A stretch of 64,000 bases of DNA from an uncultured Alphaproteobacteria bacterium. GTDB taxonomy: Bacteria > Pseudomonadota > Alphaproteobacteria > HIMB59 > GCA-002718135. Both the position numbers and the translations under genes were made by a program. Positions 19,910-30,475 of the stretch are shown here, piece by piece (the first letter of the stretch is position 1; every line of letters begins with the position of its first letter). The notes beneath the pieces were generated by a model. It was given only the letters and a program-made list of their open reading frames with translations. It searched no databases and had not been told where the DNA came from. Location: positions 104,310-168,309 of the forward strand of contig CACOAX010000001.1 in assembly GCA_902625365.1 (NCBI GenBank), given 5' to 3'.

Positions 19910-19923
19910 TTTCACGTGAAAAG
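19908..19923. promoter_or_regulatory. parS-like site 2 (mnmE/mnmG junction)
   Basis: AATTTCACGTGAAAAG: 12/16 to parS consensus; identical inner 12-bp palindrome, 191 bp from site 1. Confidence 0.5.
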
Positions 19924-19927
19924 AGAC

Positions 19928-21793
19928 ATGGACAATAAATTTGATGTAATTGTAATTGGTGGGGGGCATGCAGGCGTAGAAGCAGCATGCTCATCTGCAA
20001 GAACTGGGTCAAAAACAGCTTTAATTACTCACAAAGTTGATAAAATAGGAGAAATGTCATGCAATCCTGCAATTGGAGGTCTTGGAAAAGGACATCTTGT
20101 AAAGGAAATAGATGCTTTAGATGGAATTATGGCCAAAGCTACAGACAGATCCTGTATACAATTTAGAATGTTAAACTCCAGCAGAGGTGCTGCTGTAAGA
20201 GGTCCAAGGGCACAAACAGACCGTATTTTATATAAAAATGCCATAAACGAGCTTGTGTCTGAGCAAAAAAATCTTCAAATTATTGAGGGATCAGTTGAAG
20301 ATTTAATTGTTTTAAATAATCAGGTAAATGGAGTTGTTTTGGGTGATAACAAAAAGATATCATCCAAATCTGTGGTTTTAACTACAGGTACTTTCTTACA
20401 AGGGTTAATAAGAATAGGCTCTGAGAAACAAGAAGCCGGAAGAGTTGGTGATAAGCCATCAATAAAGCTTGCAAAAAGGCTTAAAGAGCTAAAGTTTTCA
20501 ATAGGCAGATTGAAAACAGGAACACCCCCAAGATTACTTAAAAAAACTATAAATTTCAATGATTTAGATGAACAACACCCAGATAAAAAGCCTGTTCCAT
20601 TTTCTTTTATCAACAGAGATATCCACATTCCTCAAATATCATGTTTTATTACTCATACTAATAAAAATACCCATGAAATCATCGCACAGAACCTAAACCT
20701 ATCACCAATGTATTCGGGAGAAATACAATCAATGGGAGCTAGGTATTGCCCATCTATTGAAGATAAAATTCATAAATTCAAAAATAAATCATCACACCAA
20801 ATATTTTTGGAGCCAGAAGGACTAGATAGTGATTTAATATATCCAAACGGAATATCCTCTTCACTTCCAACTGAAATTCAAGAGCAATTTGTTAAAACGA
20901 TTAAAGGTTTAGAGAGTGTTACAATTACACAACCTGCTTATGCAATTGAATATGATTTTGTTGACCCACAAGAACTAACACACACACTTGAAACAAAAAA
21001 AATTAAAAATTTATTCTTTGCAGGGCAGATAAATGGAACAACCGGATACGAAGAAGCAGCTGCACAAGGCATAATGGCTGGGATAAATGCATCACTTAAA
21101 ACAACATCTAATAAAGAATTCATAATACCTAGGTCTTCCGGATATATAGGTGTTTTGATAGACGATTTGGTTACAAAAGGAACTAAAGAGCCATATAGAA
21201 TGTTCACTTCAAGGTCCGAATATAGACTTTTACTTCGGGCTGATAATGCAGATTTAAGACTTACACCTCTTGGAATTGATATAGGTTGTGTTGATATAGA
21301 TAGGCAAAGAGAATTTGAAAAAAAATCCACAAGGATAAAAGAAGGGTTTAAGTTTGTAAAAAATCACAAATTCTCACCAGACGCACTTCTTAAAAAGGGG
21401 ATAAAAATAAACAAAGATGGAAAGAAAAGAAATATCATAGACCTTTTGTCGTTTTCTAATATTACAACCACCAAGCTCAAAAAAATACTTCCTGAATTAA
21501 GTGATTTAGAAGACGATGTAATAGAACAAATAGAAATTGAAGCTAAGTATTCAGGTTATCTTGATAGGCAAAGAATGGATATTCAAGATTTTGAAAAAGA
21601 AGAAAGTTTAACAATTCCAAAATCAACTAATTATAAACTAGTTGGCAGCTTATCTAATGAGATAATAGAAAAATTATCAAAAATTAAACCACCCACACTT
21701 GGTGCGGCTTCAAGAATATCAGGTGTAACACCAGCAGCCACTATAGCCTTGCTCAGATATATTAAAAAAAATAAAAATAAAAAAGCAGCATAA
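19928..21793 (+). CDS. mnmG: tRNA uridine 5-carboxymethylaminomethyl modification enzyme MnmG
   Basis: [19 protein letters not shown] motif; 620 aa. ATG 19928 preferred; the GTG at 19916 used by the ORF track is the GTG of the CACGTG palindrome. Confidence 0.96.
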   Translation: MDNKFDVIVIGGGHAGVEAACSSARTGSKTALITHKVDKIGEMSCNPAIGGLGKGHLVKEIDALDGIMAKATDRSCIQFRMLNSSRGAAVRGPRAQTDRILYKNAINELVSEQKNLQIIEGSVEDLIVLNNQVNGVVLGDNKKISSKSVVLTTGTFLQGLIRIGSEKQEAGRVGDKPSIKLAKRLKELKFSIGRLKTGTPPRLLKKTINFNDLDEQHPDKKPVPFSFINRDIHIPQISCFITHTNKNTHEIIAQNLNLSPMYSGEIQSMGARYCPSIEDKIHKFKNKSSHQIFLEPEGLDSDLIYPNGISSSLPTEIQEQFVKTIKGLESVTITQPAYAIEYDFVDPQELTHTLETKKIKNLFFAGQINGTTGYEEAAAQGIMAGINASLKTTSNKEFIIPRSSGYIGVLIDDLVTKGTKEPYRMFTSRSEYRLLLRADNADLRLTPLGIDIGCVDIDRQREFEKKSTRIKEGFKFVKNHKFSPDALLKKGIKINKDGKKRNIIDLLSFSNITTTKLKKILPELSDLEDDVIEQIEIEAKYSGYLDRQRMDIQDFEKEESLTIPKSTNYKLVGSLSNEIIEKLSKIKPPTLGAASRISGVTPAATIALLRYIKKNKNKKAA

Positions 21794-21794
21794 T

Positions 21795-22400
21795 TTGGAT
21801 AAAAGCTCTGTAATAAAAAAATATAATCTTAGTAGAAAGCAAATTGATTTAATAGATAACTACATACTGAAGTTAGAAAAAAGCAACCAAATACATAATT
21901 TAGTAGGGCCTTCCACAATTAATATTGCATGGGATAGACACATTAATGATTCATTACAATTATCTGAGTTTATTTTGAAAAAAAATGCATCAATAATAGA
22001 TTTTGGCACTGGCGCAGGTTTACCAGGAGTGATCTTATATATTTTTGGGTATACAAACATATTGTTGATAGACTCTAAAATGAAAAAAATAAAATTTATA
22101 AAAGAATTTGCACACGAACAGAATTTAGAAATTAAAACTATTTGCACAAGGGTAGAGAAAATCAAAAATCAAAAATTTGACTTTATTGTCTGCCGAGCTT
22201 TTGCTCCACTATTAAAACTATTAGATTATTCACGGTTTTTTAACAAAAAAAATACATCACTACTTTTTCTAAAAGGAAGAAGTGTTAAGAAAGAAATACA
22301 AGATGCAAAAAAATCCTTTAGCTTTGAGTATGATCTTTATCCAAGTCAAAGTGAAGGCGACGGTTATGTGTTAAAAATAAACAAATATAAAAAACTGTGA
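21795..22400 (+). CDS. rsmG: 16S rRNA (guanine527-N7)-methyltransferase RsmG
   Basis: SAM motif IIDFGTGAGLPGV; TTG start; gidA-gidB-parA-parB synteny. Confidence 0.9.
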   Translation: MDKSSVIKKYNLSRKQIDLIDNYILKLEKSNQIHNLVGPSTINIAWDRHINDSLQLSEFILKKNASIIDFGTGAGLPGVILYIFGYTNILLIDSKMKKIKFIKEFAHEQNLEIKTICTRVEKIKNQKFDFIVCRAFAPLLKLLDYSRFFNKKNTSLLFLKGRSVKKEIQDAKKSFSFEYDLYPSQSEGDGYVLKINKYKKL

Positions 22401-23170
22401 AAAAAATTATCTCTATATCTAACCAAAAAGGTGGTGTTGGCAAAACCACAACTACAATAAACCTTGCCACTTCATTAGCTGCGGTGAAAAAAAATGTTTT
22501 AATCGTTGATGCTGACCCACAAGGTAATGCGAGTACAGGATTAGGACTTTCTTATGATGAAAGAAAACCATCAATCTATGAAATGATTCATGAAAAGAAA
22601 CTTCTTACAGAAGGAATAAAGGAAACATTAATTCCTGGTCTCAAAATAATTGGAGCAAACACAGATTTGGCGGCAGCGGAGGTAGAGTTGACAAATTTTG
22701 AAAACCGAGAGTATGTATTTAAATCAATATTTGCTGAAATTGATAATTTTGATTTTATTTTTGTAGACTGTCCACCAGCACTTGGTTTGCTAACCATTAA
22801 TTCATTAGTAGCATCCAATACTACACTAATTCCTCTTCAATCAGAGTTTTTTGCTCTAGAAGGCCTTTCAGCTTTGATGCAAACAATCAAATTAATTCAA
22901 CAAAATTATAATAATAATCTTCAAATCGAAGGGATACTATTAACAATGCTGGATAAAAGAAACTCATTGAGTTCTTTAGTTGAGAAAGATGTAAGGCATC
23001 ATTTTGGTGATCAAGTCTATAAAACAACAATTCCGAGAAATGTAAAAATATCTGAGGCTCCCAGTCATGGAAAACCAGCACTAATATATGATACACAAGC
23101 CGCAGGTTCTTTGGCTTATATAGAGCTTGCAAAAGAAGTAATTTTAAATCAAAATAAAAACCATGAATAA
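22397..23170 (+). CDS. parA: chromosome partitioning ATPase ParA
   Basis: Deviant Walker A ISNQKGGVGKTTTTINLA; GTG start overlapping rsmG stop (GTGA). Confidence 0.95.
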   Translation: MKKIISISNQKGGVGKTTTTINLATSLAAVKKNVLIVDADPQGNASTGLGLSYDERKPSIYEMIHEKKLLTEGIKETLIPGLKIIGANTDLAAAEVELTNFENREYVFKSIFAEIDNFDFIFVDCPPALGLLTINSLVASNTTLIPLQSEFFALEGLSALMQTIKLIQQNYNNNLQIEGILLTMLDKRNSLSSLVEKDVRHHFGDQVYKTTIPRNVKISEAPSHGKPALIYDTQAAGSLAYIELAKEVILNQNKNHE

Positions 23171-24002
23171 AGAAAACAAACTAGGAATGGGCCTAGGAGC
23201 TCTTTTATCATCTACAAATAATAATTCTGACAGCAACAATGGGATTCAAAAAATTAATATATCTCAAATAATACCCAATCCTTCTCAACCAAGAAAAAAC
23301 TTTAAAGATGAAGATCTTAAAGAGCTTTCCTCTTCAATTAAAAATCAAGGATTAATCCAGCCTATAATCATTAAACCAATAAAAGATGATCAATACCAGA
23401 TTATTGCGGGAGAAAGAAGATGGAGGGCTTGTCAATTAAATGGAATGCATGAAGTAGATTGTGTTATCAAAAATCTTGATGACACTAATGTTCTAGAAGC
23501 GGCCTTAATTGAAAACATCCAAAGAGAAGACCTAAATGTTATTGAGGAAGCTAATGCCTATAAAGGACTAATTGATATCAAAGGCATTAACAACGAAAAT
23601 CTTGCTAAACTAATTGGTAAAAGCTCAAGCCATGTTTCAAATATTTTACGCCTTTTAGAGCTTGATATAAAAATACAACAAATGGTAATAAATGGCGATC
23701 TATCAATGGGTCACGCGAGAGCTCTTATTGGCGTTCCAGATGCTATTAATAAGGCTAAAGAAATTATTGAGAAAAAACTTAGTGTAAGACAAATAGAAAA
23801 AATAACATCTGAATTTAAAAAAAATAAAACAAAAAAAGTTTCTAAGGATCCAAACATAACCGATCTTGAAAAGGAGCTTTCAGATAAAATAGGTTTAAAA
23901 ACATCAATCCAATTTAATGAGAGTGGCTCATCTGGCTCGCTAACTCTTTATTACTCTGATTTAAACCAATTAGACGATTTAATGAAAAGACTTAAGAAAT
24001 AG
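23163..24002 (+). CDS. parB: chromosome partitioning protein ParB
   Basis: ParB box IIAGERRWRA, HTH region, C-terminal dimerisation segment. Confidence 0.95.
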   Translation: MNKENKLGMGLGALLSSTNNNSDSNNGIQKINISQIIPNPSQPRKNFKDEDLKELSSSIKNQGLIQPIIIKPIKDDQYQIIAGERRWRACQLNGMHEVDCVIKNLDDTNVLEAALIENIQREDLNVIEEANAYKGLIDIKGINNENLAKLIGKSSSHVSNILRLLELDIKIQQMVINGDLSMGHARALIGVPDAINKAKEIIEKKLSVRQIEKITSEFKKNKTKKVSKDPNITDLEKELSDKIGLKTSIQFNESGSSGSLTLYYSDLNQLDDLMKRLKK

Positions 24003-24936
24003 TAATTTTTTTAATATTCAAAAGAAAACGAAGACCAGCTATCAATGATAAGCTACTATGCCTCCTCAAAAGGCTTTCTGTTGATAAAAGCAGCCTTAAA
24101 AGTAATTTTTTCTTTCTCGAATTATATTTTCTATAAATATCAATCAGGTATTTTTTTTCCCTAAATAAATAAACAGGAATTTTTTTTTTATATTCATTTT
24201 CATTTTTACTATCTATAATCATTTGGCAGTGAAATTTAATAAAATAGTAAAGATCATTAACGTCTGAGTTGGTTATTATTTTATTTTTATACAAATCAAC
24301 AATTTCTTTGTTTTTTTTTAATAAATTAAAAAAGATTTTTTCTTTACCAGAGTCATCAACGGTTAATATTTTTTTAATATTTTTTAATATAATTTCTTGC
24401 TTGTCTAACTCCAAAATCTTAATCAAACAATTTTCGAAAAAAATATATTTAGTATCGAGTCTATCTATCAAAAACCAATAGACTTCTTGTGAAACTTCTA
24501 ATTTATTTTTGTTTAAAAAATAATTCAAAATTTTTATTTTTGAGTCCCTGTCCAATTCATAACAATCAATCAAATAAGAATCTTTATCCAAGTCAAATAT
24601 GTTTTTTAATTTTTTTATTTTTTGTGAATTTTCTTGAAAAAAAATAAAGTTATTTCGGGTTACCCTTATTTTTTTTAGATTATCTTCTGTAATTCCTTTA
24701 TAATCACTGACAACATATAAGTTTTCTTTCTCAAAAAGACCGACCTCATCAACAAATCCACTTATTGTGTTAATATTTTTTATTTGAACATCTTTATCTT
24801 TTTGAATTTCCTCAATAATTTTTGAGCGCATTTTTTCCATAAGCGTTTTTTCATTACCACTAATAAAATAAAATTTTTTATCTGGCTTAAACTTATCACT
24901 TAAAAGTATGGCTAAAGGACTAATTTTCATCAGCAA
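23992..24936 (-). CDS. holA: DNA polymerase III delta subunit
   Basis: 314 aa; conserved leuS-lptE-holA order as in E. coli; sequence itself weakly diagnostic. Confidence 0.7.
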   Translation of the reverse strand: MLMKISPLAILLSDKFKPDKKFYFISGNEKTLMEKMRSKIIEEIQKDKDVQIKNINTISGFVDEVGLFEKENLYVVSDYKGITEDNLKKIRVTRNNFIFFQENSQKIKKLKNIFDLDKDSYLIDCYELDRDSKIKILNYFLNKNKLEVSQEVYWFLIDRLDTKYIFFENCLIKILELDKQEIILKNIKKILTVDDSGKEKIFFNLLKKNKEIVDLYKNKIITNSDVNDLYYFIKFHCQMIIDSKNENEYKKKIPVYLFREKKYLIDIYRKYNSRKKKLLLRLLLSTESLLRRHSSLSLIAGLRFLLNIKKITIS

Positions 24937-25415
24937 GAATTTATATCTACGTTAGAAATTATAGATACAAATCTATTCAAATTTTCAGTTATTGCTAACT
25001 CATATTTTTTTTCTAAAGATGCATCTGTACCATAATTATATCCTGAAGATTTAGGTATAATAGAAAAACTAGATAACAATTCTTTATTAAATGTTACACA
25101 ATTTTCTTTATTTAGAATTAAAGTGTAAATAAATCTTAACTCATATCTAAGCTTTGATGTTGCTTGATTGGTTTCGACTGATCTTTTAATTTTATTCTCT
25201 TCAATATTTATTAAAAGCTTGAAAATATCCTCTTTGTTTTCACCAAAAAACATTGGTATATATGAATTAATAAAATTTACATCAAGCCCAGAAGTATTTA
25301 AATCTGTTTTTTCATATAGCGGGTTTATAAGGTTTTTATTTTCCTTATAGACAAATTCGATGTTGCTACATGCTGTAATAAAAACAAATAATATAACAGT
25401 GAATGATTTTTTCAT
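24930..25415 (-). CDS. lptE: LPS-assembly lipoprotein LptE
   Basis: Lipobox [11 protein letters not shown]; 161 aa; immediately downstream of leuS. Confidence 0.6.
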   Translation of the reverse strand: MKKSFTVILFVFITACSNIEFVYKENKNLINPLYEKTDLNTSGLDVNFINSYIPMFFGENKEDIFKLLINIEENKIKRSVETNQATSKLRYELRFIYTLILNKENCVTFNKELLSSFSIIPKSSGYNYGTDASLEKKYELAITENLNRFVSIISNVDINSC

Positions 25416-27925
25416 TTTACAACTAAATTTACTATTTTTCCAGGCACATAAATTTCTCTTAAAATATTTTTACCAAATAAATTCCTTTTAATTTTATCTA
25501 TATTTTTTACACTCTCAAAAACTTTTTCTTTTGAGAGATTTTCATTAACCTCTATTACCTCTTTTGTTTTTCCATTTATTTGTATAGCAATTCTTATTTT
25601 TGTTCTTTTCACTATATCTTCTTGAGGCCAAAATTCGTTAATACATAAAGTTTTATTTCCAATCTTAGACCATATTTCTTCGCTTATATGAGGAACAAAT
25701 GGTTGTAATATAATTGACAATTTTTCCAGTGACCATTGAAAATTTTTTTTTGAAAGTTTGTTTTTTAATAAAGCACCATTAAGAATGTTTACAAATTCAT
25801 AAATTTTTGCCACTGATTTATTAAATTGAAAAGCCTCAATATATTTTGAAACCTCATTAACAATTGTTTTTAATTCATTCAAAATCTTCTCATCTTTGCT
25901 ATAATCTGATTTATAATTTTTATATTTTTCTACAAATTCGTATAATTTATTTATAAATTTATAAGAAGCAGCTATTCCTGTATCTGTCCATTGCAAATCT
26001 CTTTCTGGCGGACTATCAGACAACATAAACCATCTAGCAGTATCTGCTCCATAAGAAGCAATTATATCATTTGGGTCAACTACATTTTTTTTAGATTTAC
26101 TCATTTTTTCAATTTTACCAGTCTCAACATTTTGATTATTCCTATCCTTTAAATACCCATTAACTCTTTCAACATCCTTTGGTTCTATCCACTCTCCACT
26201 TTTGTTTTTATAAGTAACGTGTGTAACCATGCCTTGAGTAAATAAACCCTTGAAAGGCTCATCTAAATCAAAATAATTTAGATCTCTTAAGGCTTTGGTA
26301 AAAAACCTTGAGTATAAAAGATGTAATATAGCGTGTTCAATACCACCAATATATTGATCAACTGGCAACCAATAATCTATATCTTTTTTATCAAAAGGTT
26401 TGTCTAGCCTCGCATTACAATATCTGAAGTAATACCAAGAGGATTCAAAAAAAGTATCAAATGTATCAGTTTCTCTTAGAGCTTTCATTCCTGTTTCGGG
26501 ACAACTAGTTTCTTTCCACCCTTCTATATTATTTAAAGCACTAGATGATTCAGTAAAGTTATCTATATCTGGAAGTTTGACAGGAAGCTGAGTATTTTCA
26601 ACAGGCAACACCTCCCCATCTTCCCTATAAATAATAGGAATAGGACAACCCCAAAACCTTTGCCTTGAAATTCCCCAGTCTCTTAATTTGAAATTTATTT
26701 TACTTCTTCCTATATTTTTATTTTCTATTTCTTTAATTATTTTTTCTTTTGCTTCATTTACATCTAAACCATCTATAAGAGGAGAATTAATAATTATACC
26801 ATCTTCTGTGTAAGCCTCTGTTTCAATTTTGAATTTATCTTCATTAATGTTACTTGGTTTAACTACTGGTATAATATCAAGCCCATACTCTCTTGCAAAA
26901 TCTAAATCTCTTTGATCATGGGCAGGACAACCAAAAATTGCTCCCAGACCATATTCTTTAAGAACAAAATTAGCTACAAAGATTGGTAATTTTTTATTTT
27001 CAATGAATGGATGGTTGGCAAACAAACCTGTATTAAAACCTTTTTTGTTTTTTTCAGGATTTAAGCTTTCACACTGTTTAATAAATTTTTTTAAATTATC
27101 GTTATTTTTTGAAATTTTGGTAACTAGTTCATGCTCACTTGAAAGAGCTAAAAAAGTTGCTCCATAAATTGTATCTGGCCGTGTAGTAAATATTTTTATT
27201 TTTGTATTATTTTCTACAATCTGGAAATCTATTTCCGCACCTATTGATTTACCTATCCAATTAGATTGCATCACCTTAACTTTATTTGGCCAGTTTTCTA
27301 AACTTTCTAATTCATTTAAAAGTTCTTCTGAGTACTTACTAATTTTTAAAAACCATTGGGATAATTTTTTCTTTTCAACAACAGCTCCTGATCTCCAACC
27401 TTTGCCATCAATCACCTGTTCGTTTGCTAGCACAGTTTTATCTACTGGATCCCAATTGACCTCAGCCTCTTTTTTATACGCCAGTCCTGCCTTAAACATA
27501 TCAATAAAAAACTTTTGTTCATGTTTATAATATTCAGGATGACAAGTGGCTATTTCTCTTTCCCAATCTAGAGACAAACCCATTTTCAAAAGCTGTTCTT
27601 TCATTGTATTAATATTTTGATAAGTCCAACTTTCAGGATGTTTTTTTTCAGTTAAAGCAGCATTTTCTGCGGGAAGACCGAAAGCATCCCACCCCATAGG
27701 ATGTAATACATTATATCCCTTCATCCTCTTATATCTTGCTACTACATCTCCCAAAGTATAGTTTCTAACATGCCCCATATGGATTTTTCCTGAGGGATAA
27801 GGGAACATTTCTAAAACATAGAACTTTTTTTTACTTTCATCCCTTGAAGATTGGAAAATTTTATAGCTTGACCATGCATCCTGCCATTTTTTTTCAACTA
27901 CTTTATGATTGTATCTTGATGACAC
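25412..27925 (-). CDS. leuS: leucyl-tRNA synthetase
   Basis: HIGH region [20 protein letters not shown] (KMSKSKKN); 837 aa. Confidence 0.97.
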   Translation of the reverse strand: MSSRYNHKVVEKKWQDAWSSYKIFQSSRDESKKKFYVLEMFPYPSGKIHMGHVRNYTLGDVVARYKRMKGYNVLHPMGWDAFGLPAENAALTEKKHPESWTYQNINTMKEQLLKMGLSLDWEREIATCHPEYYKHEQKFFIDMFKAGLAYKKEAEVNWDPVDKTVLANEQVIDGKGWRSGAVVEKKKLSQWFLKISKYSEELLNELESLENWPNKVKVMQSNWIGKSIGAEIDFQIVENNTKIKIFTTRPDTIYGATFLALSSEHELVTKISKNNDNLKKFIKQCESLNPEKNKKGFNTGLFANHPFIENKKLPIFVANFVLKEYGLGAIFGCPAHDQRDLDFAREYGLDIIPVVKPSNINEDKFKIETEAYTEDGIIINSPLIDGLDVNEAKEKIIKEIENKNIGRSKINFKLRDWGISRQRFWGCPIPIIYREDGEVLPVENTQLPVKLPDIDNFTESSSALNNIEGWKETSCPETGMKALRETDTFDTFFESSWYYFRYCNARLDKPFDKKDIDYWLPVDQYIGGIEHAILHLLYSRFFTKALRDLNYFDLDEPFKGLFTQGMVTHVTYKNKSGEWIEPKDVERVNGYLKDRNNQNVETGKIEKMSKSKKNVVDPNDIIASYGADTARWFMLSDSPPERDLQWTDTGIAASYKFINKLYEFVEKYKNYKSDYSKDEKILNELKTIVNEVSKYIEAFQFNKSVAKIYEFVNILNGALLKNKLSKKNFQWSLEKLSIILQPFVPHISEEIWSKIGNKTLCINEFWPQEDIVKRTKIRIAIQINGKTKEVIEVNENLSKEKVFESVKNIDKIKRNLFGKNILREIYVPGKIVNLVVK

Positions 27926-27927
27926 TT

Positions 27928-28533
27928 TTAACTAGATTGAAGTTTTAATTTTTTTGCTTTGTTTAGTATAGCATTTTCTATTTTTATGTTGTTATCTTCA
28001 TCTGTTTTCGTATTTACCCATAAAGGGTTCTTAAATTCTTGACAAAAAGAAGTTACTTTGAGATTTTCAGTCTTGAGCTTTAAACCTGTTATAAAAATAT
28101 TCAGCTTGCACCTTTCTTGCTGGTTGTTTTCTGTTGAATACCAATCAGTTATAATTGTACCTCCTATTTGATCAGCAGAGTTGAGAGGCATAAAATCTAT
28201 TGTTTCTAGTGCAGCTCTCCAAAGAAACGGATTTACTGACATAGCTATTGCAGAAGTCGACGTGTTATTTTCCTGTTCGTTATTTAATATTCCACTTATT
28301 GAAATACCACCTTTAAGCAACCCACCACCAGTTTGAAGCCTGGTTTCAGCATCTCTCATGGCAAGATCCATATCTATTGCAGAATTAAATTTTGTGCCTG
28401 ATCTATCAATAATTGACTGTCTGGTTTGAGCTTGAGACCAAAGATCATCCATTTCTTCTTCACTCTTATTACTGTTACAAGCAAAAACAAATAATAGAAT
28501 AAACACTATGGTTAATCTTATCAAAATCATCAA
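27928..28533 (-). CDS. DUF3576-like lipoprotein
   Basis: Lipobox FVFACNSN; [18 protein letters not shown]; leuS-upstream position common in alphaproteobacteria (recollection). Confidence 0.55.
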   Translation of the reverse strand: MMILIRLTIVFILLFVFACNSNKSEEEMDDLWSQAQTRQSIIDRSGTKFNSAIDMDLAMRDAETRLQTGGGLLKGGISISGILNNEQENNTSTSAIAMSVNPFLWRAALETIDFMPLNSADQIGGTIITDWYSTENNQQERCKLNIFITGLKLKTENLKVTSFCQEFKNPLWVNTKTDEDNNIKIENAILNKAKKLKLQSS

Positions 28534-28569
28534 CTATAATTATTGCATTGAGGCCTAAATGTAAAACAT

Positions 28570-28601
28570 AAAAAAAACGGCACTCGTTAAAGTGCCGTTT
28601 T
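28570..28601 (-). terminator. Rho-independent terminator of the porin-like gene
   Basis: Minus-strand RNA: stem ACGGCACU / loop UUAACG / AGUGCCGU (8 bp, extendable with A-U pairs) followed by U8 (A-run 28570-28577 on plus strand); 20 nt after the stop. Confidence 0.75.
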
Positions 28602-28621
28602 AAAAGATAAAAAATCTTTAA

Positions 28622-29680
28622 TTAAAATGCCATGTTAGCACCGATGTACCATGCAGATCCATCAGTTGAAGAAGAACCTTCGTCACTTGCTTCTACAGAA
28701 GTATAACCAAGAATTGCAGTTACACCAGAAGCCACAGCGTATGATACACTTGCAGAAGTTACATCTTTAGAATCATCAGATCCAGTGATAGAACCAATAG
28801 TGCTATCTTTTGCATCACCACTAGCAACACCAACATTAAATGTTAGATCGCCAGATACATATTTAATACCAGCTTTTACAACATCAGCAGCATACTCGTT
28901 AGCAGATGACGCGCCTGAACCCACTACGTTACCATCAGCAAAACCAACAGCAACTGTTAAGTCACCAGTTACAGCACTTAAACCTATGTGGAAACCACCT
29001 GTGTCATTATTCGCAGCAGTACCAGTTTTTGCACCATCAACTTCAGACCAACCACCACCAACTGTTACAGCACTGTCACCAAGATCAGTTACATAAGTAG
29101 CACCGATTGCAACGTGACCGTCAATTCTGTAAGTTGCAGTAGCAGCAGAACCACTGTCTGTTGAAGCTGAGAAAGACATTTTTAGTCCATCAGCTAAGAA
29201 ATCAGACGCAGTATGATACTCAATACCTTGTATAGTTGAGCCAGTCATAAAGTCTAATCCAGTTGGAGCTGCGTTAGTAGTTGCAGTAGCAACAGTTTCT
29301 GCACCAGCTGAACCTGGAACAGATACAGCATGTGAACCAGATGCGTTACCAGCATTTAGTACATCAAGCTTTGAGCCATCAGTGAATGCTAAAGAAAAAC
29401 CAGCATCCATGTCAGAAGATCCAACACTTGAGCTTGCAGCTGCTTCATTTACAATTGAAAAGCTACTTGAGATAGTCATTCCACCATCAGTAGTTTCAGA
29501 TAATGAAACACTAAAGTTGTTGTCGTTAACTTGGTTGTTTACGTCAGTTCCACCAGTTGGTGAATCAAACTCAAGACCAGTTTGGTGGTTACCACTCATA
29601 GTAGCAGTTACAGCTTCAGCAACTGAAGCGGCACCTAGCGTAGAAACTAGAGCAGTTCCCATTAATAGTTCTTTTTTCAT
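28622..29680 (-). CDS. outer-membrane beta-barrel porin-like protein
   Basis: Signal peptide MKKELLMGTALVSTLGAASVAEA; G/S/T/A/D-rich alternating strands; C-terminal YIGANMAF (terminal Phe signature); SD-like AAGGAG upstream; clearly higher GC than surroundings. Confidence 0.6.
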   Translation of the reverse strand: MKKELLMGTALVSTLGAASVAEAVTATMSGNHQTGLEFDSPTGGTDVNNQVNDNNFSVSLSETTDGGMTISSSFSIVNEAAASSSVGSSDMDAGFSLAFTDGSKLDVLNAGNASGSHAVSVPGSAGAETVATATTNAAPTGLDFMTGSTIQGIEYHTASDFLADGLKMSFSASTDSGSAATATYRIDGHVAIGATYVTDLGDSAVTVGGGWSEVDGAKTGTAANNDTGGFHIGLSAVTGDLTVAVGFADGNVVGSGASSANEYAADVVKAGIKYVSGDLTFNVGVASGDAKDSTIGSITGSDDSKDVTSASVSYAVASGVTAILGYTSVEASDEGSSSTDGSAWYIGANMAF

Positions 29681-29696
29681 AATTACTCCTTTTGAG

Positions 29697-29714
29697 TTAA
29701 TGAATATTCATTAA
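29697..29714. promoter_or_regulatory. perfect 18-bp palindrome TTAATGAATATTCATTAA upstream of the porin-like gene
   Basis: Read directly; 17-34 nt upstream of the start codon; followed by 7-bp-stem inverted repeat ATACAAG-N7-CTTGTAT (29715-29735). Function unknown (operator or 5'-UTR structure). Confidence 0.3.
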
Positions 29715-29836
29715 ATACAAGAAACAAACTTGTATTAGGTGAGTTTATTATTTAAAAATTGAATAAATTTCAAAAAAAGCATAATAAATTATTATATTTT
29801 TTTTAATTATGTTGTTTTTTTACAACATATAATATT

Positions 29837-30475
29837 ATGTTTAACGTAGATAAATTCAATGAAATCAACAAAATTTTAAAAAAACACAGTAATTCTGGTA
29901 AAATTATTGCTATTTCAAAAAATCACTCGGTAGAAAGCGTCCTAGAGGCTATTAGGCAAGGTGTATATATTTTTGGAGAAAATAGAGTCCAAGAGGCGCA
30001 AACTAAATTTTTGAAAATTAAGCAAAATAATCCAAAAATAGAACTTCACCTTACCGGCCCTTTACAAACAAATAAGGTTAAAATGGCTCTGTCATTATTT
30101 GATGTGTTCCACACTATAGATAGGGAAAAAATTGCAAAAGAATTTTCTAAACACCAGGACTTACTCAAAGATAAAAAATTTTTTGTGCAAATAAATACTG
30201 GAAAAGAAAAAACAAAAAGCGGAGTTTATCCCGAAGATACAAAAGATTTCTTATTTTTTTTAAAAAATGAAATTAAACTTCCTATTAAAGGCCTAATGTG
30301 TATTCCTCCGATTGAAGATGATCCAAAAAAACATTTTATTGAACTTAAAAATTTGGCAAGTCAAAATAGTATTTCTGAGCTTAGCATAGGTATGAGTGGA
30401 GACTACAAGGAAGCACTCCCTTTTAAACCTGCATATATAAGGCTTGGAACAATTCTGTTTGGTGAAAGAAATTGA
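29837..30475 (+). CDS. yggS: YggS-family pyridoxal-phosphate homeostasis protein
   Basis: FGENRVQEA, LHLTGPLQTNKVK, LSIGMSGDY. Confidence 0.9.
   Translation: MFNVDKFNEINKILKKHSNSGKIIAISKNHSVESVLEAIRQGVYIFGENRVQEAQTKFLKIKQNNPKIELHLTGPLQTNKVKMALSLFDVFHTIDREKIAKEFSKHQDLLKDKKFFVQINTGKEKTKSGVYPEDTKDFLFFLKNEIKLPIKGLMCIPPIEDDPKKHFIELKNLASQNSISELSIGMSGDYKEALPFKPAYIRLGTILFGERN

Noticed and set aside
19916-19927. GTG 19916 as the mnmG start (ORF track).
   Set aside because: The GTG is part of the CACGTG core of the parS-like palindrome. ATG 19928 gives the usual short N-terminus before [12 protein letters not shown].
20938-21330. 130-aa minus-strand ORF inside mnmG. Similar antisense ORFs occur inside hisF, hisA, hisB, hslV, mnmE, parA, ftsK, crtI, acs, rsmB, purH and hemY-like (for example 2940-3230 and 60965-61327).
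   Set aside because: All lie wholly within well-supported conserved genes on the other strand and show no recognisable motifs. They are typical of AT-rich DNA with few stop codons in the antisense frame.
28785-29714. Three plus-strand ORFs (28785-29096, 28906-29100, 29382-29714) opposite the porin-like gene.
   Set aside because: These are antisense shadows of a GC-rich, Gly/Ala/Ser/Thr-codon-biased gene. Their proteins are low-complexity (Pro/Thr/Ser or Gln/His runs), and the minus-strand gene has a signal peptide, an SD and a terminator.
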